A model generated the notes under the pieces. That model saw nothing but the letters and a program-made list of their open reading frames with translations, had not been told where the DNA came from and ran no database searches. From assembly GCA_965208575.1 (NCBI GenBank), contig CBDBOV010000006.1, positions 32,001-96,000 on the forward strand: a DNA stretch of 64,000 nucleotides, written 5' to 3'. This DNA is from Spirochaetia bacterium (lineage in GTDB: Bacteria; Spirochaetota; Spirochaetia; SZUA-6; Bin103). A program made the translations under genes and the position numbers. Position 1 is the stretch's first letter. Every line of letters begins with the position of its first letter. Of the stretch, positions 9,285 to 19,828 are shown in pieces.

Positions 9285-10823
9285 ATGCAGAGAACGCGAA
9301 TCACTGCTCACACCGACTTTCGCATCGGCCGCGTCGACCCGCGCGTGTTCGGGGGATTCCTTGAACATATGGGCCGCGCCGTGTACGAAGGGGTGTACGA
9401 CCCGGACAGCGCGCTCGCGGATGCCGACGGCTGCCGCAGCGACGTGCTCGACGCCCTGGCCCGCTTGCGCATGACCGCCATGCGCTACCCCGGCGGCAAC
9501 TTCGCCTCCGGCTACCACTGGCAGGATGGCGTCGGCGCGCGCGAGCAGCGCCCGCGGGTGCGCGAGCTGGCCTGGCAAAGCATCGAGACCAACCGCTTCG
9601 GCACCGAGGAGTTCATCCGGCTGTGCCGGAAGCTGGACTGGACGCCGATGCTCACCGTCAACCTGGGCACCGGCACGCCGGAGGAGGCGCGCGACTGGGT
9701 CGAGTACTGCAACTGCCCCGCCGGCACGCGCTACGCCGACCTGCGCGCGGCATCCGGCGCCGCCGAACCCCACGGCGTGGGGCTGTGGTGCCTGGGCAAC
9801 GAGATGGACGGCACCTGGCAGCTCGGCCACGTGCCCGCCGACCAGTACGCCATCCGCGCCCAGCAGGCGGCCAAGATGATGAAAGATGCCGACTCCTCGA
9901 TCGAGCTGGTGGCGTGCGGCACCTGCTCCGTGGAACTGCCCACCTACATGGAGTGGGACCGCACCGTGCTGGAGCACCTCGGCGACCTGGCCGACTACGT
10001 CAGCCTGCACCGCTACGTCGGCAACCCGTCCGGCGATACCGCCGACTACCTGGCGGTGACGGCGGCGATCGACCGCCAGATCGAGGAGATGGACGCGGTG
10101 TGCCGCTACGTACAGGCGCGCCGGCGCAGCAACAAGCGCGCCTACCTGTGCTTCGACGAGTGGAACGTCTGGTACAAGAACCGCGAGATGGACGGCGCCG
10201 GCAAGGTCGCCCCGCACCTGATCGAGGAGGTGTACAACCTGGAGGACGCCCTGGTGGTGGCCGGCTTCCTGCACAGCTTCGTACGCCACGCCGACGTGCT
10301 CAAGATCGCCAACCTGGCGCAGATCGTGAACGTGATCGCACCGCTGCTCACGCGCGGCGACGAGCTGCTGGTGCAGAGCATCTTCTACCCGCTGGCGATG
10401 TTCGCAAATCGGCGCACCGGCACGGCTCTGCGCCTGGCCGTTGACGGCCCGCGCTACGACGGCGCGCAACACGGCACCGTCGACTACGTCGATGCCAGCG
10501 CCATCCTCGACGGCGACCGGCTGCACCTGTTCCTGACCAACCGCAGCCTGACCGAACCGGCGCCGGTGGCCCTGGCAATCGCCGACCGACCGGTGGCGGC
10601 GTGTGAGACCGCCGAGATCCTCACCGGGCCGAACCGGAAGGCCGCCGGACCGGATCCGAAGGCGGCCAACTCGTTCGCCGAGCCGGAGCTGATCAAGGCG
10701 CGGGCGTACAGCGCGGTGGCCGCCAAGGACGGCGAGGTGCGCTGCGAGCTGCCGCCGCTGTCGTTCGCCGCGCTGACGATCCGGCTGGCGCCGGCTGACG
10801 CCGCGTCCGGGAGGAGGAGCTGA
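9285..10823 (+). CDS. abfA: Alpha-L-arabinofuranosidase (GH51)
   Basis: FLEHMGRAVYEG, RYPGGNF, WCLGNEMDG, FDEWNVW, ANLAQIVN. Confidence 0.92.
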   Translation: MQRTRITAHTDFRIGRVDPRVFGGFLEHMGRAVYEGVYDPDSALADADGCRSDVLDALARLRMTAMRYPGGNFASGYHWQDGVGAREQRPRVRELAWQSIETNRFGTEEFIRLCRKLDWTPMLTVNLGTGTPEEARDWVEYCNCPAGTRYADLRAASGAAEPHGVGLWCLGNEMDGTWQLGHVPADQYAIRAQQAAKMMKDADSSIELVACGTCSVELPTYMEWDRTVLEHLGDLADYVSLHRYVGNPSGDTADYLAVTAAIDRQIEEMDAVCRYVQARRRSNKRAYLCFDEWNVWYKNREMDGAGKVAPHLIEEVYNLEDALVVAGFLHSFVRHADVLKIANLAQIVNVIAPLLTRGDELLVQSIFYPLAMFANRRTGTALRLAVDGPRYDGAQHGTVDYVDASAILDGDRLHLFLTNRSLTEPAPVALAIADRPVAACETAEILTGPNRKAAGPDPKAANSFAEPELIKARAYSAVAAKDGEVRCELPPLSFAALTIRLAPADAASGRRS

Positions 10824-10824
10824 C

Positions 10825-11895
10825 ATGACGGAAACGCACGCGGACGGCCCGGTGGTGGCGCCCGGCGAGTACCCGTTTGCCGTCGCCTTCCTCAGCCACA
10901 GCCATATCTTCGGCCAGACCAGGGGACTGGTGGACGCCGGCGCCACCCTGACCCGGGTGTTCGATCCCGATCCCGGCAAGGTGGCGGCCTTCCGCGAGCG
11001 CTTCCCGCAGGCGCAGCCCGCCGAGTCGTTCGAGGAGGTTCTCGCCGACCCGGCCATCCGCCTGGTGGCGTCCGCCGCCATCCCCGACACACGTGCCGCG
11101 ATCGGCGGGCGGGTGCTGGCGGCGGGCAAGGACTACTTCACCGACAAGGGGCCGTTCACGACCCTCGGGCAGCTCGCCGCCACCCGCGCCGCGGTGGCGC
11201 AGACCGGGCGCAAGTACCTGGTCTACTACGGCGAGCGGCTGCACAACGCCCCCACCTGGGAGGCGTGCGAGCTGGTGCGTGGCGGCGCCATCGGGCGCGT
11301 GCTGCAGGTGCTGATCCTGGCTCCGCACAACCTGCCCCAAGACTCCCGCCCGCCGTGGTTCTACGACAAGCGCCGCATGGGCGGCATCCTTACCGACATC
11401 GGCAGCCACCAGTTCGAGCAGTTCCTGTACGTCGCCGGCGCCGCGGGCGGGAGCGTCAACTACGCCCGCGCCGCCAACATGGGGCACCCCGAGCATCCCG
11501 GGCTGGAGGACTTCGGCGAGGCGTCGGTCACGCTCGACACCGGCGCCTCGGCGTACTGCCGGGTGGACTGGTTCAACCCGCGGGCGGCGCGCGCGTGGGG
11601 CGACGGGCGCGCCTTCATCCTGGGCAGCGACGGCTACGTCGAGGTACGCAAGAACGTCGATGCCGGCAACCCGGCCGGCGGACCGTGCGTGATCCTGGTC
11701 AACCACGACGAGGAGCGCACCATCACCTTCGACGGCAGCGAGCCGTTCCCGTTCTTCGGGCGCATGATCCTCGACTGCCTGCACCGCACCGAGCAGGCGA
11801 TGACCCAGGCGCACGCCTTCGCGGTGGCCGAGCTGACTCTGCAGGCACAGGCGGTCGCCGACAGCCACTCCGACAACCCGTTTCCGTCTCCTTGA
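10825..11895 (+). CDS. Gfo/Idh/MocA family oxidoreductase
   Basis: GKDYFTDK, GGILTDIGSHQ motifs. Confidence 0.88.
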   Translation: MTETHADGPVVAPGEYPFAVAFLSHSHIFGQTRGLVDAGATLTRVFDPDPGKVAAFRERFPQAQPAESFEEVLADPAIRLVASAAIPDTRAAIGGRVLAAGKDYFTDKGPFTTLGQLAATRAAVAQTGRKYLVYYGERLHNAPTWEACELVRGGAIGRVLQVLILAPHNLPQDSRPPWFYDKRRMGGILTDIGSHQFEQFLYVAGAAGGSVNYARAANMGHPEHPGLEDFGEASVTLDTGASAYCRVDWFNPRAARAWGDGRAFILGSDGYVEVRKNVDAGNPAGGPCVILVNHDEERTITFDGSEPFPFFGRMILDCLHRTEQAMTQAHAFAVAELTLQAQAVADSHSDNPFPSP

Positions 11896-12022
11896 CAAGT
11901 CTCCAGAATGCGCTATGGTGGCTGTGACTGGCTGCCCGCGGTGCGGGTGCGAGAGCAGCCAGGGAGCGGCACGCCGGTCCGCAATGCTCTCACGACTCCA
12001 AAGGATGCAATAAGGAGCACTC

Positions 12023-13813
12023 ATGCATATTGCACAAGTCACCAAGACCTTCGCGGTTGCGCTGGTCCTCGTGCTGGCCGCAACCGGCCTGTGGGCGGGC
12101 GCCGAAGCAGAGGAGGGGTCGGCGGCGGACGCCGACAAACGGTACGTCACCGACCCGGTCACCGGCAAGGTGTACACCGCGCACGAGTACGGCGGGTCAC
12201 TGACCTTCGTGAAGGGCAACGACGGCGGCTGGATCGACGCTTACAAGGAGAACGCGGTGTCCATGTGGGCCCTGGTAAACGAGAAACTGGGCAAGCTGGA
12301 CTGGGCGCTGGATCGCGATGCGTATCCGTTTACCGGCGGCTACATGACGCCGCTCTACGCACTGCGAGGGGCGCTGGCGGAGAGCTGGGAGCAGCCCGAC
12401 GACACCACCATCGTCATCAACGTGCGGCAGGGCGTGCACTGGCACGACAAGGCGCCGGTGAACGGTCGCGAGTTCGTTGCCACGGACGTCGAGCACTCCT
12501 TCCAGCGCTATCTGGGTCTGGGCAAGTTCGCCGGACAAGACCCTTCCCCAGGCGGAGGTGAGCTGACATCGGTGCCGTGGGAATCGGTCGAGGCGACCGA
12601 CCGGTATACGGTCGTGTTCAAGCTGCAGGAGCCGAGACTCCGTGCCCTCAACCTCATCCTGGACTGGTACCAGATGCTGATGCAGGCCCCGGAGGTGGTC
12701 GACGAACATGGCGGCATCACCGACTGGCGGCAGGGAGTGGGCACCGGGCCCTACGAGATGACGGACTGGGTCCTGGGCAGCTCGTTCGAGTACACCCGCA
12801 ATCCCAACTACTGGGGCTTCGACGAGAAGTGGCCGGAGAACCGCCTGCCCTACATCGAGAAGATATACGGCCTGGTCATCGTGGAGCATGCCACCCGCAT
12901 CGCGGGCCTGCGCGCCGGTACCATCGACTACATCGGTCATCCGGGATCCACCCAGATCTTCGACATCAACCAGTCCCTGAGTCTGCAGCGGACCCACCCC
13001 GAAATCAATCAGTACCCCTGGTCACAACGATCGGATAACTGTGCCGGCATCAACACCACCGTGCCGCCCTTCGATGACGTTCGAGTGCGCCGCGCGATGC
13101 AGATGGCACTGGACCTCGACACCATGAACGACTCCTACTACAAGGGGCTGGGCGGAACGACTCCTCGCGGATTCGTCGGCCGCAAGTTTCCGGCCTACAC
13201 GACCCTGTACGAAGATTGGTCCGAAGAGCTGAAGGGATCCTACAGTTACGATCCGGCCGGAGCCGAGGCGCTCCTCGACGAGGCGGGGTATCCGCGCGGC
13301 GCCGACGGCATCAGATTCAAGACCGAGTACATGCACTTCGACCGATTTCCGGTAAGCTGGTCGGAGTTCATGGTTTCGTACTGGCGGGAGATTGGCGTCG
13401 AGACCGACATCCTGACCCCGACTCAGGCGGAACATACGGCCCGGCGTAACGCCGGCGATTGGGCGCTGACGTCGGGCGCATGCGGCGTCGACGCAGATCC
13501 CATGATCATTGCACCTGGTTTTCGCTCGACAGTTGCTGGCTCGGGAGTCCACGACGCGCAATACGACGCTTGGTTCGAAACCGCGGTAAACGCCTCGACA
13601 ATCGAGGAACAGCAGAGCATCATCAAGCAGATGGACATGAGGTACATCGAACAGCACTGGATGATCTGGGGTCCCTGGGCGCCGCAGTACAACGTGGCCC
13701 AGCCATGGATCATGGGTTACAACGGCGAGGGCATTATCGGCGGCAACACCACCCATCTTGTCTTCTCGAAACTCTGGATCGATAGTCAGATGAAGGAGGC
13801 GATGGGTCACTAG
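12023..13813 (+). CDS. ABC transporter substrate-binding protein, family 5 (peptide/nickel type)
   Basis: Signal peptide, GALAESWE, GTGPY, PFDDVRVRRA, YDPAGAEALLDEAG; AAGGAG RBS. Confidence 0.9.
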   Translation: MHIAQVTKTFAVALVLVLAATGLWAGAEAEEGSAADADKRYVTDPVTGKVYTAHEYGGSLTFVKGNDGGWIDAYKENAVSMWALVNEKLGKLDWALDRDAYPFTGGYMTPLYALRGALAESWEQPDDTTIVINVRQGVHWHDKAPVNGREFVATDVEHSFQRYLGLGKFAGQDPSPGGGELTSVPWESVEATDRYTVVFKLQEPRLRALNLILDWYQMLMQAPEVVDEHGGITDWRQGVGTGPYEMTDWVLGSSFEYTRNPNYWGFDEKWPENRLPYIEKIYGLVIVEHATRIAGLRAGTIDYIGHPGSTQIFDINQSLSLQRTHPEINQYPWSQRSDNCAGINTTVPPFDDVRVRRAMQMALDLDTMNDSYYKGLGGTTPRGFVGRKFPAYTTLYEDWSEELKGSYSYDPAGAEALLDEAGYPRGADGIRFKTEYMHFDRFPVSWSEFMVSYWREIGVETDILTPTQAEHTARRNAGDWALTSGACGVDADPMIIAPGFRSTVAGSGVHDAQYDAWFETAVNASTIEEQQSIIKQMDMRYIEQHWMIWGPWAPQYNVAQPWIMGYNGEGIIGGNTTHLVFSKLWIDSQMKEAMGH

Positions 13814-13831
13814 AGGGTTCTGCCTCTGAAT

Positions 13832-13873
13832 CGAAGCCCCGCAAGATCTTTCGGTTTTGCGGGGCTTCGTTTT
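13832..13873 (+). terminator. Strong hairpin plus U-tract between SBP and permease genes
   Basis: CGAAGCCCCGCAA...TTGCGGGGCTTCG followed by TTTT. Confidence 0.7.
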
Positions 13874-13884
13874 CGGGAACCACA

Positions 13885-14889
13885 ATGAGAACGTACATCA
13901 TCAGGCGACTGTTGCTGATGATTCCGACCCTCCTGCTGCTGACCATCCTGGTCTTTCTGCTGGTCCGTTTCATCCCCGGGGATGTCGTCGACGCGATCGA
14001 GGCACAACTGGAATCCTTCAGTCCCGGCACCGAGATAGACCGTGCGGTCGTCGAGCGCCTGATGGGCCTGGACGTCCCGGTCTACGTGCAGTATGGACGC
14101 TGGATAGGCGTATTGCCGACGCCCGACCCGCTCACCGGCGAGTCCGAGTTCAGAGGCCTTCTCCAGGGTAGCCTGGGCCGATCCCTGTTCGGCCACTTTC
14201 CGATAGAGGCTGAAGTAATGCGGCGGCTGCCGCTCACCATCGAGCTCGGCGTCATGGCCATCGTCATCGGGCTGATAATAGCGCTGCCGGTCGGCATCTA
14301 CTCGGCGATCCGTCAGGACACGGCCGTCGACTACGCCGGCCGCACCGTCGCCGTCATCGGTCTGGCGACGCCCAACTTCTGGCTCGGGATCATGGTCATG
14401 GTGTTCCCGGCAATCTGGTGGGGCTGGTCACCTTCGATGAAGATGATTCCCTTCGCCGAAGACCCGCTCGGTAATCTCGGCATGTTTCTCATTCCCAGCG
14501 CGATTCTGGGCACGGCCCTGGCCGCGGGCACTATGCGGATGACCCGCACGATGATGCTGGAGGTGCTCAGGCAGGACTACATCAGGACGGCCTGGTCCAA
14601 GGGCCTCAAGGAGCGGGTGGTTGTTGTCAGACACGCCGTCAAGAATGCACTTATCCCCATCGTCACCGTGGTTGGCATGCAGGTGCCGCTCGTGGTCGGC
14701 GGCTCCGTCATCATGGAGAGCATATTCAATCTGCCGGGGCTGGGTCGGTTCCTGCTGGATGCCCTGAACCAGCGCAACTACCCGATCGTGTCCGGAGTAA
14801 ACATGTTCTTCGCCGCCGTCGTCCTGTTGAACAACCTGTTCATCGACCTGATCTATCCGTACCTGGACCCCAGGGTACGTTACCGGTGA
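13885..14889 (+). CDS. ABC permease, DppB/OppB-like
   Basis: YIIRRLL, QDYIRTAWSKGL, LDPRVRY. Confidence 0.93.
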   Translation: MRTYIIRRLLLMIPTLLLLTILVFLLVRFIPGDVVDAIEAQLESFSPGTEIDRAVVERLMGLDVPVYVQYGRWIGVLPTPDPLTGESEFRGLLQGSLGRSLFGHFPIEAEVMRRLPLTIELGVMAIVIGLIIALPVGIYSAIRQDTAVDYAGRTVAVIGLATPNFWLGIMVMVFPAIWWGWSPSMKMIPFAEDPLGNLGMFLIPSAILGTALAAGTMRMTRTMMLEVLRQDYIRTAWSKGLKERVVVVRHAVKNALIPIVTVVGMQVPLVVGGSVIMESIFNLPGLGRFLLDALNQRNYPIVSGVNMFFAAVVLLNNLFIDLIYPYLDPRVRYR

Positions 14890-15836
14890 TGAGTGACGCG
14901 ACGCTGACACCGGTCACCGGCAGCGAGCGCAAGCGACGTGGCCCCGTGGCCGACTTCTTCGTCAGATTGTGGAAGGAGAAGCCGCTGGGCACCGTCTGCG
15001 GGATCATCATTCTGCTGTTGATCCTGGTGGCGATCTTTGCCGATGTCCTGGCGCCCTATCCTTACTGGGAGGTTCATCCGGCGGACATGCTGCTTGGCTC
15101 ATCGGCCCGCTACTTGCTGGGCACCGATCAACTCGGCCGGGACTTTCTGAGCCGCATCATGTTTGGCGCCCGCCTGTCGTTGTTTGTCGGCCTTTCGGCG
15201 ACGGCGATCAACGTGGTGGTAGCGGTTCTGATCGGTGGCACCTCGGGATTCATCGGCGGCAAGCTGGACTTGGCGGTACAGCGGTTTGTCGATGCCTGGA
15301 TGGCGTTCCCGGGACTGCTCCTGCTGCTTTCGGTAATGTCGATCGCGGGAAAGGGTTTGCTGCAGATCATACTGGTCCTGGGGATATCGGGCGGCATCGG
15401 CGGCTCCCGGATAACGCGCGGCGCCGTCATTGCGGTCAAGGAGAATCTCTACTTTCAGGCGGCACGCGCGATCGGCGCTTCGCAGTGGACCGTGCTGGTG
15501 CGCCATGTCCTGCCCAACATCGCGCCGCCGGTAATCATCCTGTTCAGCATCAACATCGGTGGCGTGATCATTGCCGAGTCTTCATTGAGCTTCCTTGGAT
15601 TCGGCCTGCCGGCACAGATTCCGAGCTGGGGAGGAATGCTCAGCCGGGAAGGGCGGGTGTTCATGGAGACCGCGCCGTGGCTGGCTCTGTGGCCCGGCCT
15701 GTTCCTGACCGTCACCGTCTACAGCCTGAACATGTTCGGCGACGCGGTCCGCGACCTGCTCGACCCGCGCCTCCGGGGCGGCGGAAGCACGCTCCGCGGC
15801 GGCGGCGCCCGGGTCCGCACCGATCGCGCCAGGTAG
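14886..15836 (+). CDS. ABC permease, DppC/OppC-like
   Basis: LGTDQLGRD, AARAIGAS, RHVLPN, ESSLSFLG. Confidence 0.93.
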   Translation: MMSDATLTPVTGSERKRRGPVADFFVRLWKEKPLGTVCGIIILLLILVAIFADVLAPYPYWEVHPADMLLGSSARYLLGTDQLGRDFLSRIMFGARLSLFVGLSATAINVVVAVLIGGTSGFIGGKLDLAVQRFVDAWMAFPGLLLLLSVMSIAGKGLLQIILVLGISGGIGGSRITRGAVIAVKENLYFQAARAIGASQWTVLVRHVLPNIAPPVIILFSINIGGVIIAESSLSFLGFGLPAQIPSWGGMLSREGRVFMETAPWLALWPGLFLTVTVYSLNMFGDAVRDLLDPRLRGGGSTLRGGGARVRTDRAR

Positions 15837-15849
15837 CCGCCCGAACCGG

Positions 15850-16983
15850 TCAGGCCGGCGCACGGTACCGTTCGAGCGCCGGCACGGCGGTCATGCCGTC
15901 GCCGAGCGCGTAACGCAGGCGCCCCGGGTACACCACGTCGAGCGCATCCAGCGACAGGTCCCGGAAGGCGGTCGTCATCGAGTGGGTACGCCGCGGCGCG
16001 TCGACCCGCTTGATCTCGACGCCGATCCTTCGGCCGCGGACCAGCATCAGCAGGTCGAGTTCGGCGCCGTTGTGGGTCGCCCAGAAGTGGAGTTGATCCG
16101 GCTCGGTCTCGAACACGGTTTTCTCGATCACGAAGCCTTCCCACGAGGCGCCGATCTTGGGATGGCGCTGCAGCTCGTCCATGGTGCGGATGCCGAGCAG
16201 GTGATGGTACAGACCGGCATCGCGGAAATAGAGCTTCGGCCGCTTGACTTGGCGCTTGCCCAGATTCTCGTACCACGGACGGAGCTGCCGGATCAGGAAC
16301 AGTTGCTCCAGCAGGTCCAGGTAGCGGCGCACGGTTCCCTGACCGATCTGCAGCGCGTTCGCGAGCTCCGCGACGTTGACGATCTGACCGTGGTAGTGGG
16401 CAAGCATGAACAACAGGCGGTGAGTCGTCGGCGCCGGCAGCTCGGCACCGAACTGCGGCAGATCCCGCTCCACGAACGAGCGCAGGAATGCGCGCCGCCA
16501 CGTCATGCTGTCGGCATCGTTCGCGGCCAGGAACGAGCGCGGGAACCCACCTCGGCACCACAGGTCGGAGAACCCGTCCTCGTCGATCTCGACCGGCTGG
16601 AATCCGGTAAGCTCCAGGTACTCGATCCGTCCGGCCAGCGACTCGGACGCCTGGCGGAGCAAATCGGGCCCGGCGCTGCCCAGGATCAGGAACCGGCTTC
16701 CCGGGTCCGCGTCGACCAGCACCCGCAGGATCGGGAACAGGTCGGGCCGGCGCTGCACTTCGTCGATGACGGCAACTCCGACGACGGTCTGCAGCGCGGT
16801 CATCGGCTGGTCCAGACGTGCCAGATCGAGCGGATCTTCGAGGTCGAAATAGCCGGGCGAGCCGGCAGGCACGATCTGCCGGGCCAGGGTCGTCTTGCCG
16901 CACTGCCGGGGTCCCACGACGGCGACCACCGGAGTCCGGGCCAGCGCATGCCTGACGGTCTGCAGCGCTGCTCGGTCAATCAT
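15850..16983 (-). CDS. AAA_14 ATPase with DUF4143 domain
   Basis: GPRQCGKTT, IDEVQ, SLAGR, KRPKLYFRD, ELDLL...EIK. Confidence 0.92.
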   Translation of the reverse strand: MIDRAALQTVRHALARTPVVAVVGPRQCGKTTLARQIVPAGSPGYFDLEDPLDLARLDQPMTALQTVVGVAVIDEVQRRPDLFPILRVLVDADPGSRFLILGSAGPDLLRQASESLAGRIEYLELTGFQPVEIDEDGFSDLWCRGGFPRSFLAANDADSMTWRRAFLRSFVERDLPQFGAELPAPTTHRLLFMLAHYHGQIVNVAELANALQIGQGTVRRYLDLLEQLFLIRQLRPWYENLGKRQVKRPKLYFRDAGLYHHLLGIRTMDELQRHPKIGASWEGFVIEKTVFETEPDQLHFWATHNGAELDLLMLVRGRRIGVEIKRVDAPRRTHSMTTAFRDLSLDALDVVYPGRLRYALGDGMTAVPALERYRAPA

Positions 16984-16994
16984 TCCTCCTATGT

Positions 16995-17033
16995 ACCATG
17001 AAATTACACAGGCGACAATGCTTTTTTCATGGT
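16995..17033. promoter_or_regulatory. Inverted repeat upstream of AAA-DUF4143 gene (putative operator)
   Basis: ACCATGAAA-N21-TTTCATGGT in an AT-rich patch. Confidence 0.55.
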
Positions 17034-17124
17034 TAGCAGTGAGTCTGTACGGTCACTCCGTGACATGGAAGACGATAGAACCGATGCCCAAGCATCGCCC
17101 GCCGGCCCACTCTTTCGGACCAGG

Positions 17125-17979
17125 CTACCGGTAGCGGCCGGCGAAGCCGTCGATGTTGATGCCGACGCGGCCCGGCAGGTGGCGCTCGGCGACCCGTACC
17201 ATGCGGTCGCGGTAGGCCAGGCCGACTGAGTCGCGGTCGACGGCGGCCATCGCGGCCGGCAGCGACGTGCGCTCGGTGCGGCTGCCGTTGGCCGAGCCGT
17301 CGCCGCCGATATAGTGGTCGATCACCACGGCGTCCGCGCTCGCTGCGATGCGGGAGAAGAAGCCTTCCGGGTCGGCGATCGGCAGCAGCGGCGCTACCGT
17401 GATCACCGTCTCGATGCCGGCGGCCTTCAGCTCCGCGGCGGCCCGGAAGCGCTGCTCGACGGGGCTGGCGTGCGGCGGCAGCCCGGGCAGCCGGTCGCGG
17501 TCGGTCTCGATCGACAGGTGCACGCGCAGCCGGCAGCGGCGCCGCAGTTCGAGCAGCCGGTCGTGGTAGCGGGTGACCTGGTGGGAGTGGGTCTGCACGA
17601 TCAGCAGGTCGGGCGGCTCCTGTGCCATCGCCTCCAGCAGCCGGCCGGTGACGCCGTAGCGCGCCTCCTGCGGCGGGAACGGCTCGGTCGAACTGGACAG
17701 GAAGATGCTGAACGCGCCGCGGGCACGCCGCGCCCAGCGCCGTTCCCGGACCACGGCGGCGCGGTACGACGCCGCCGCGTTGTCACGCACCTCCAGAAAC
17801 GACCCCCAGGGCCGCCCGCGGGTCACGTGGCCGTTGTGGCGCACGTAACAGCCGGCGCCGCACAGGGCGTTGCCGAACGGACAGCCGCGGTACGGCTGCG
17901 CCGAGTGCGACGACACCGTGCGCAGGAAACCGCTGCTGCGGGTCAGTATGTTACCGATCTCGGTGACGGTGACCTTCAC
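17125..17979 (-). CDS. Radical SAM protein, spore-photoproduct-lyase-like family
   Basis: PYRGCPFGNALCGAGCY cysteine cluster, SSSTEPF, SIETD, VAPLLP. Confidence 0.8.
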   Translation of the reverse strand: MKVTVTEIGNILTRSSGFLRTVSSHSAQPYRGCPFGNALCGAGCYVRHNGHVTRGRPWGSFLEVRDNAAASYRAAVVRERRWARRARGAFSIFLSSSTEPFPPQEARYGVTGRLLEAMAQEPPDLLIVQTHSHQVTRYHDRLLELRRRCRLRVHLSIETDRDRLPGLPPHASPVEQRFRAAAELKAAGIETVITVAPLLPIADPEGFFSRIAASADAVVIDHYIGGDGSANGSRTERTSLPAAMAAVDRDSVGLAYRDRMVRVAERHLPGRVGINIDGFAGRYR

Positions 17980-18316
17980 GTCAGGCTATGCCCCGAGCTT
18001 CCGCCAATGCGCAACCCTCTCCGGAGGACGCCTGCCGGCGGCGGCGCGGCGCCACCCACGGCAGCGGGCGAAACGCCGAGTCGCAGGAGGGCCGCAGACG
18101 GGGCCGCGCAGGTTGATCGACGGCGGCAGGCTACCGGCGATGAGCGCCGCATGGCGCCGGTTGCCGCGACCGTGCACGTCCGCAAGCCCGAGCGGGCATA
18201 CGGCTACCCGCCGCACCCCGTTCGAGACCGCCCGCGACAATCGAGGATCGGCCCAAGCGGTCGCCGCCGTGCCGAGGCTCCCGACGCCGCCGCCGTGCAA
18301 GCGGCAGAACACCGCG

Positions 18317-19414
18317 CTACCCAACGGCCCGCCACACGTCGAGCGGGTGGCGGCGGTCGGCCATCGGCAGCGCGACGCGGGCGCCCGAGATCTGAGCGGC
18401 GTAGGGGGCGAGCACCAGCTCCAGCGCTTTGACGCCGTCGCGCCCGCTGCAGAGCGGCTCGCGGCCGTGCTCGATGGCGTCGATCAGGTCGGTGACCGCC
18501 AGGTAGTGGCTGCCGTGCTCGGGCGGCGGGCCCAGGTCGAGCTGCTGCCAGCGCTGCGCCACGCGCGCCGGCGCCCACAGCGGGTAGGGGTAGATCATCA
18601 GCCCGTCGGCGGTGCTGCCGCCGCGCAGCGAGATGATGCCCTCGCTGCCCACGATTTCCATGCCGTAGCGCTCGTTCACGCCGGCGCTGTGGCGCTTGGA
18701 GTCGAAGAACCCCGCCACCCCGCCGGCGAATGCGATATAGCTGTCGATGCGGTCGCCGGCCACCGGCCCGAGCGGCTCGGTGGCCTCGTGCACGTGCGCC
18801 GGCTCGATGTCGCGTCCCCCCACCGTGACGCGCGCGGATACCCACAGGGCGTCGCCGGCCAGGTACTGCATCAGGTTGAACAGGTGGATGCCCAGGTCCA
18901 TCATGTCCTCGCCGCCGCCGCGGTGGTCGTGCTTGCCGTGCGCGTGCAGCTCCTGCAGCCGCCCGATGCGCCCGCCGGCGACCAGCGCCTTCAGGCGGTC
19001 GACGCCCGGCAGGTAGGCGCCGTGAAAGTGCCCGACGGCGATCTTGACGCCCGCCGCGCGTGCCGCCGCGACCATGCGGTCGCCATCCTGCAGGCTGATC
19101 GCGAACGGCTTCTCGCAGTACACGTGGCAGCCGGCGTCGATGCAGGCCAGCACCATCTCCAGGCGCTGGTCCAGCCAGCGCGGCCCCACGCTGACCAGGT
19201 CCAGCTCCTCGCGCGCCAGCATCTTGCGGTAGTCGGCATAGCCGCGCTGTGCCGCCGCCTCCGCCTGCGCACGTGCCCGCCCTTCGGAATCGGGATCGGC
19301 CACCGCCACCATCTCCACGCCGGCCACCCCGCGGAAGGCGCGGTGCAGCCCGTGCCCGAACCCGCCGCGCCCGGTGTGGCCGATGGCGCCCGCGCGGTAG
19401 TGACGCTCAGCCAT
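18317..19414 (-). CDS. Gfo/Idh/MocA family oxidoreductase
   Basis: IGHTGRG, HVYCEKPF, DLGIHL. Confidence 0.9.
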   Translation of the reverse strand: MAERHYRAGAIGHTGRGGFGHGLHRAFRGVAGVEMVAVADPDSEGRARAQAEAAAQRGYADYRKMLAREELDLVSVGPRWLDQRLEMVLACIDAGCHVYCEKPFAISLQDGDRMVAAARAAGVKIAVGHFHGAYLPGVDRLKALVAGGRIGRLQELHAHGKHDHRGGGEDMMDLGIHLFNLMQYLAGDALWVSARVTVGGRDIEPAHVHEATEPLGPVAGDRIDSYIAFAGGVAGFFDSKRHSAGVNERYGMEIVGSEGIISLRGGSTADGLMIYPYPLWAPARVAQRWQQLDLGPPPEHGSHYLAVTDLIDAIEHGREPLCSGRDGVKALELVLAPYAAQISGARVALPMADRRHPLDVWRAVG

Positions 19415-19670
19415 GCCGGCCAGTCCGCCGCCCCGGGTCTACCTGGTCCATCGCCTCGATGGCCCGATCGAATTCCGGATCGTCCACCCAGGTGCCGGCA
19501 AGGTCATCCAGGTCGTGGTAACGAGGCTGTTCCTCAGCCAAGCCCAATCCCCGCTCCAGCGCACGCAGGGCCGTCTCGTTCAAGCTCCGCTGCTCTTCGC
19601 GCGCCTTCCTGCGCAGTTCCCGGTCAATCCTCGGCGGCACCCGTCTTATCGTGTACTGAATATGCGACAC
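19407..19670 (-). CDS. Ribbon-helix-helix (Arc/FitA-like) antitoxin-type protein, no toxin partner
   Basis: QYTIRRVPPRIDRELRRKAREEQRSLN...DLDDLAGTW. Confidence 0.7.
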   Translation of the reverse strand: MSHIQYTIRRVPPRIDRELRRKAREEQRSLNETALRALERGLGLAEEQPRYHDLDDLAGTWVDDPEFDRAIEAMDQVDPGRRTGRHG

Positions 19671-19828
19671 CGTACGTGCACCGTATGCCCCATCTTGCCT
19701 GCACGGCAAGTCGGCAGCACCGGGCGCACCCGGCTGTGCGGGGTTGCAATCCAAGGCGGAAACACTAACCCTTGCCAGGACCGATCTACGCGATTCGCCG
19801 GCTCCGGTCGGCGATGGGGAGGAGTTCG

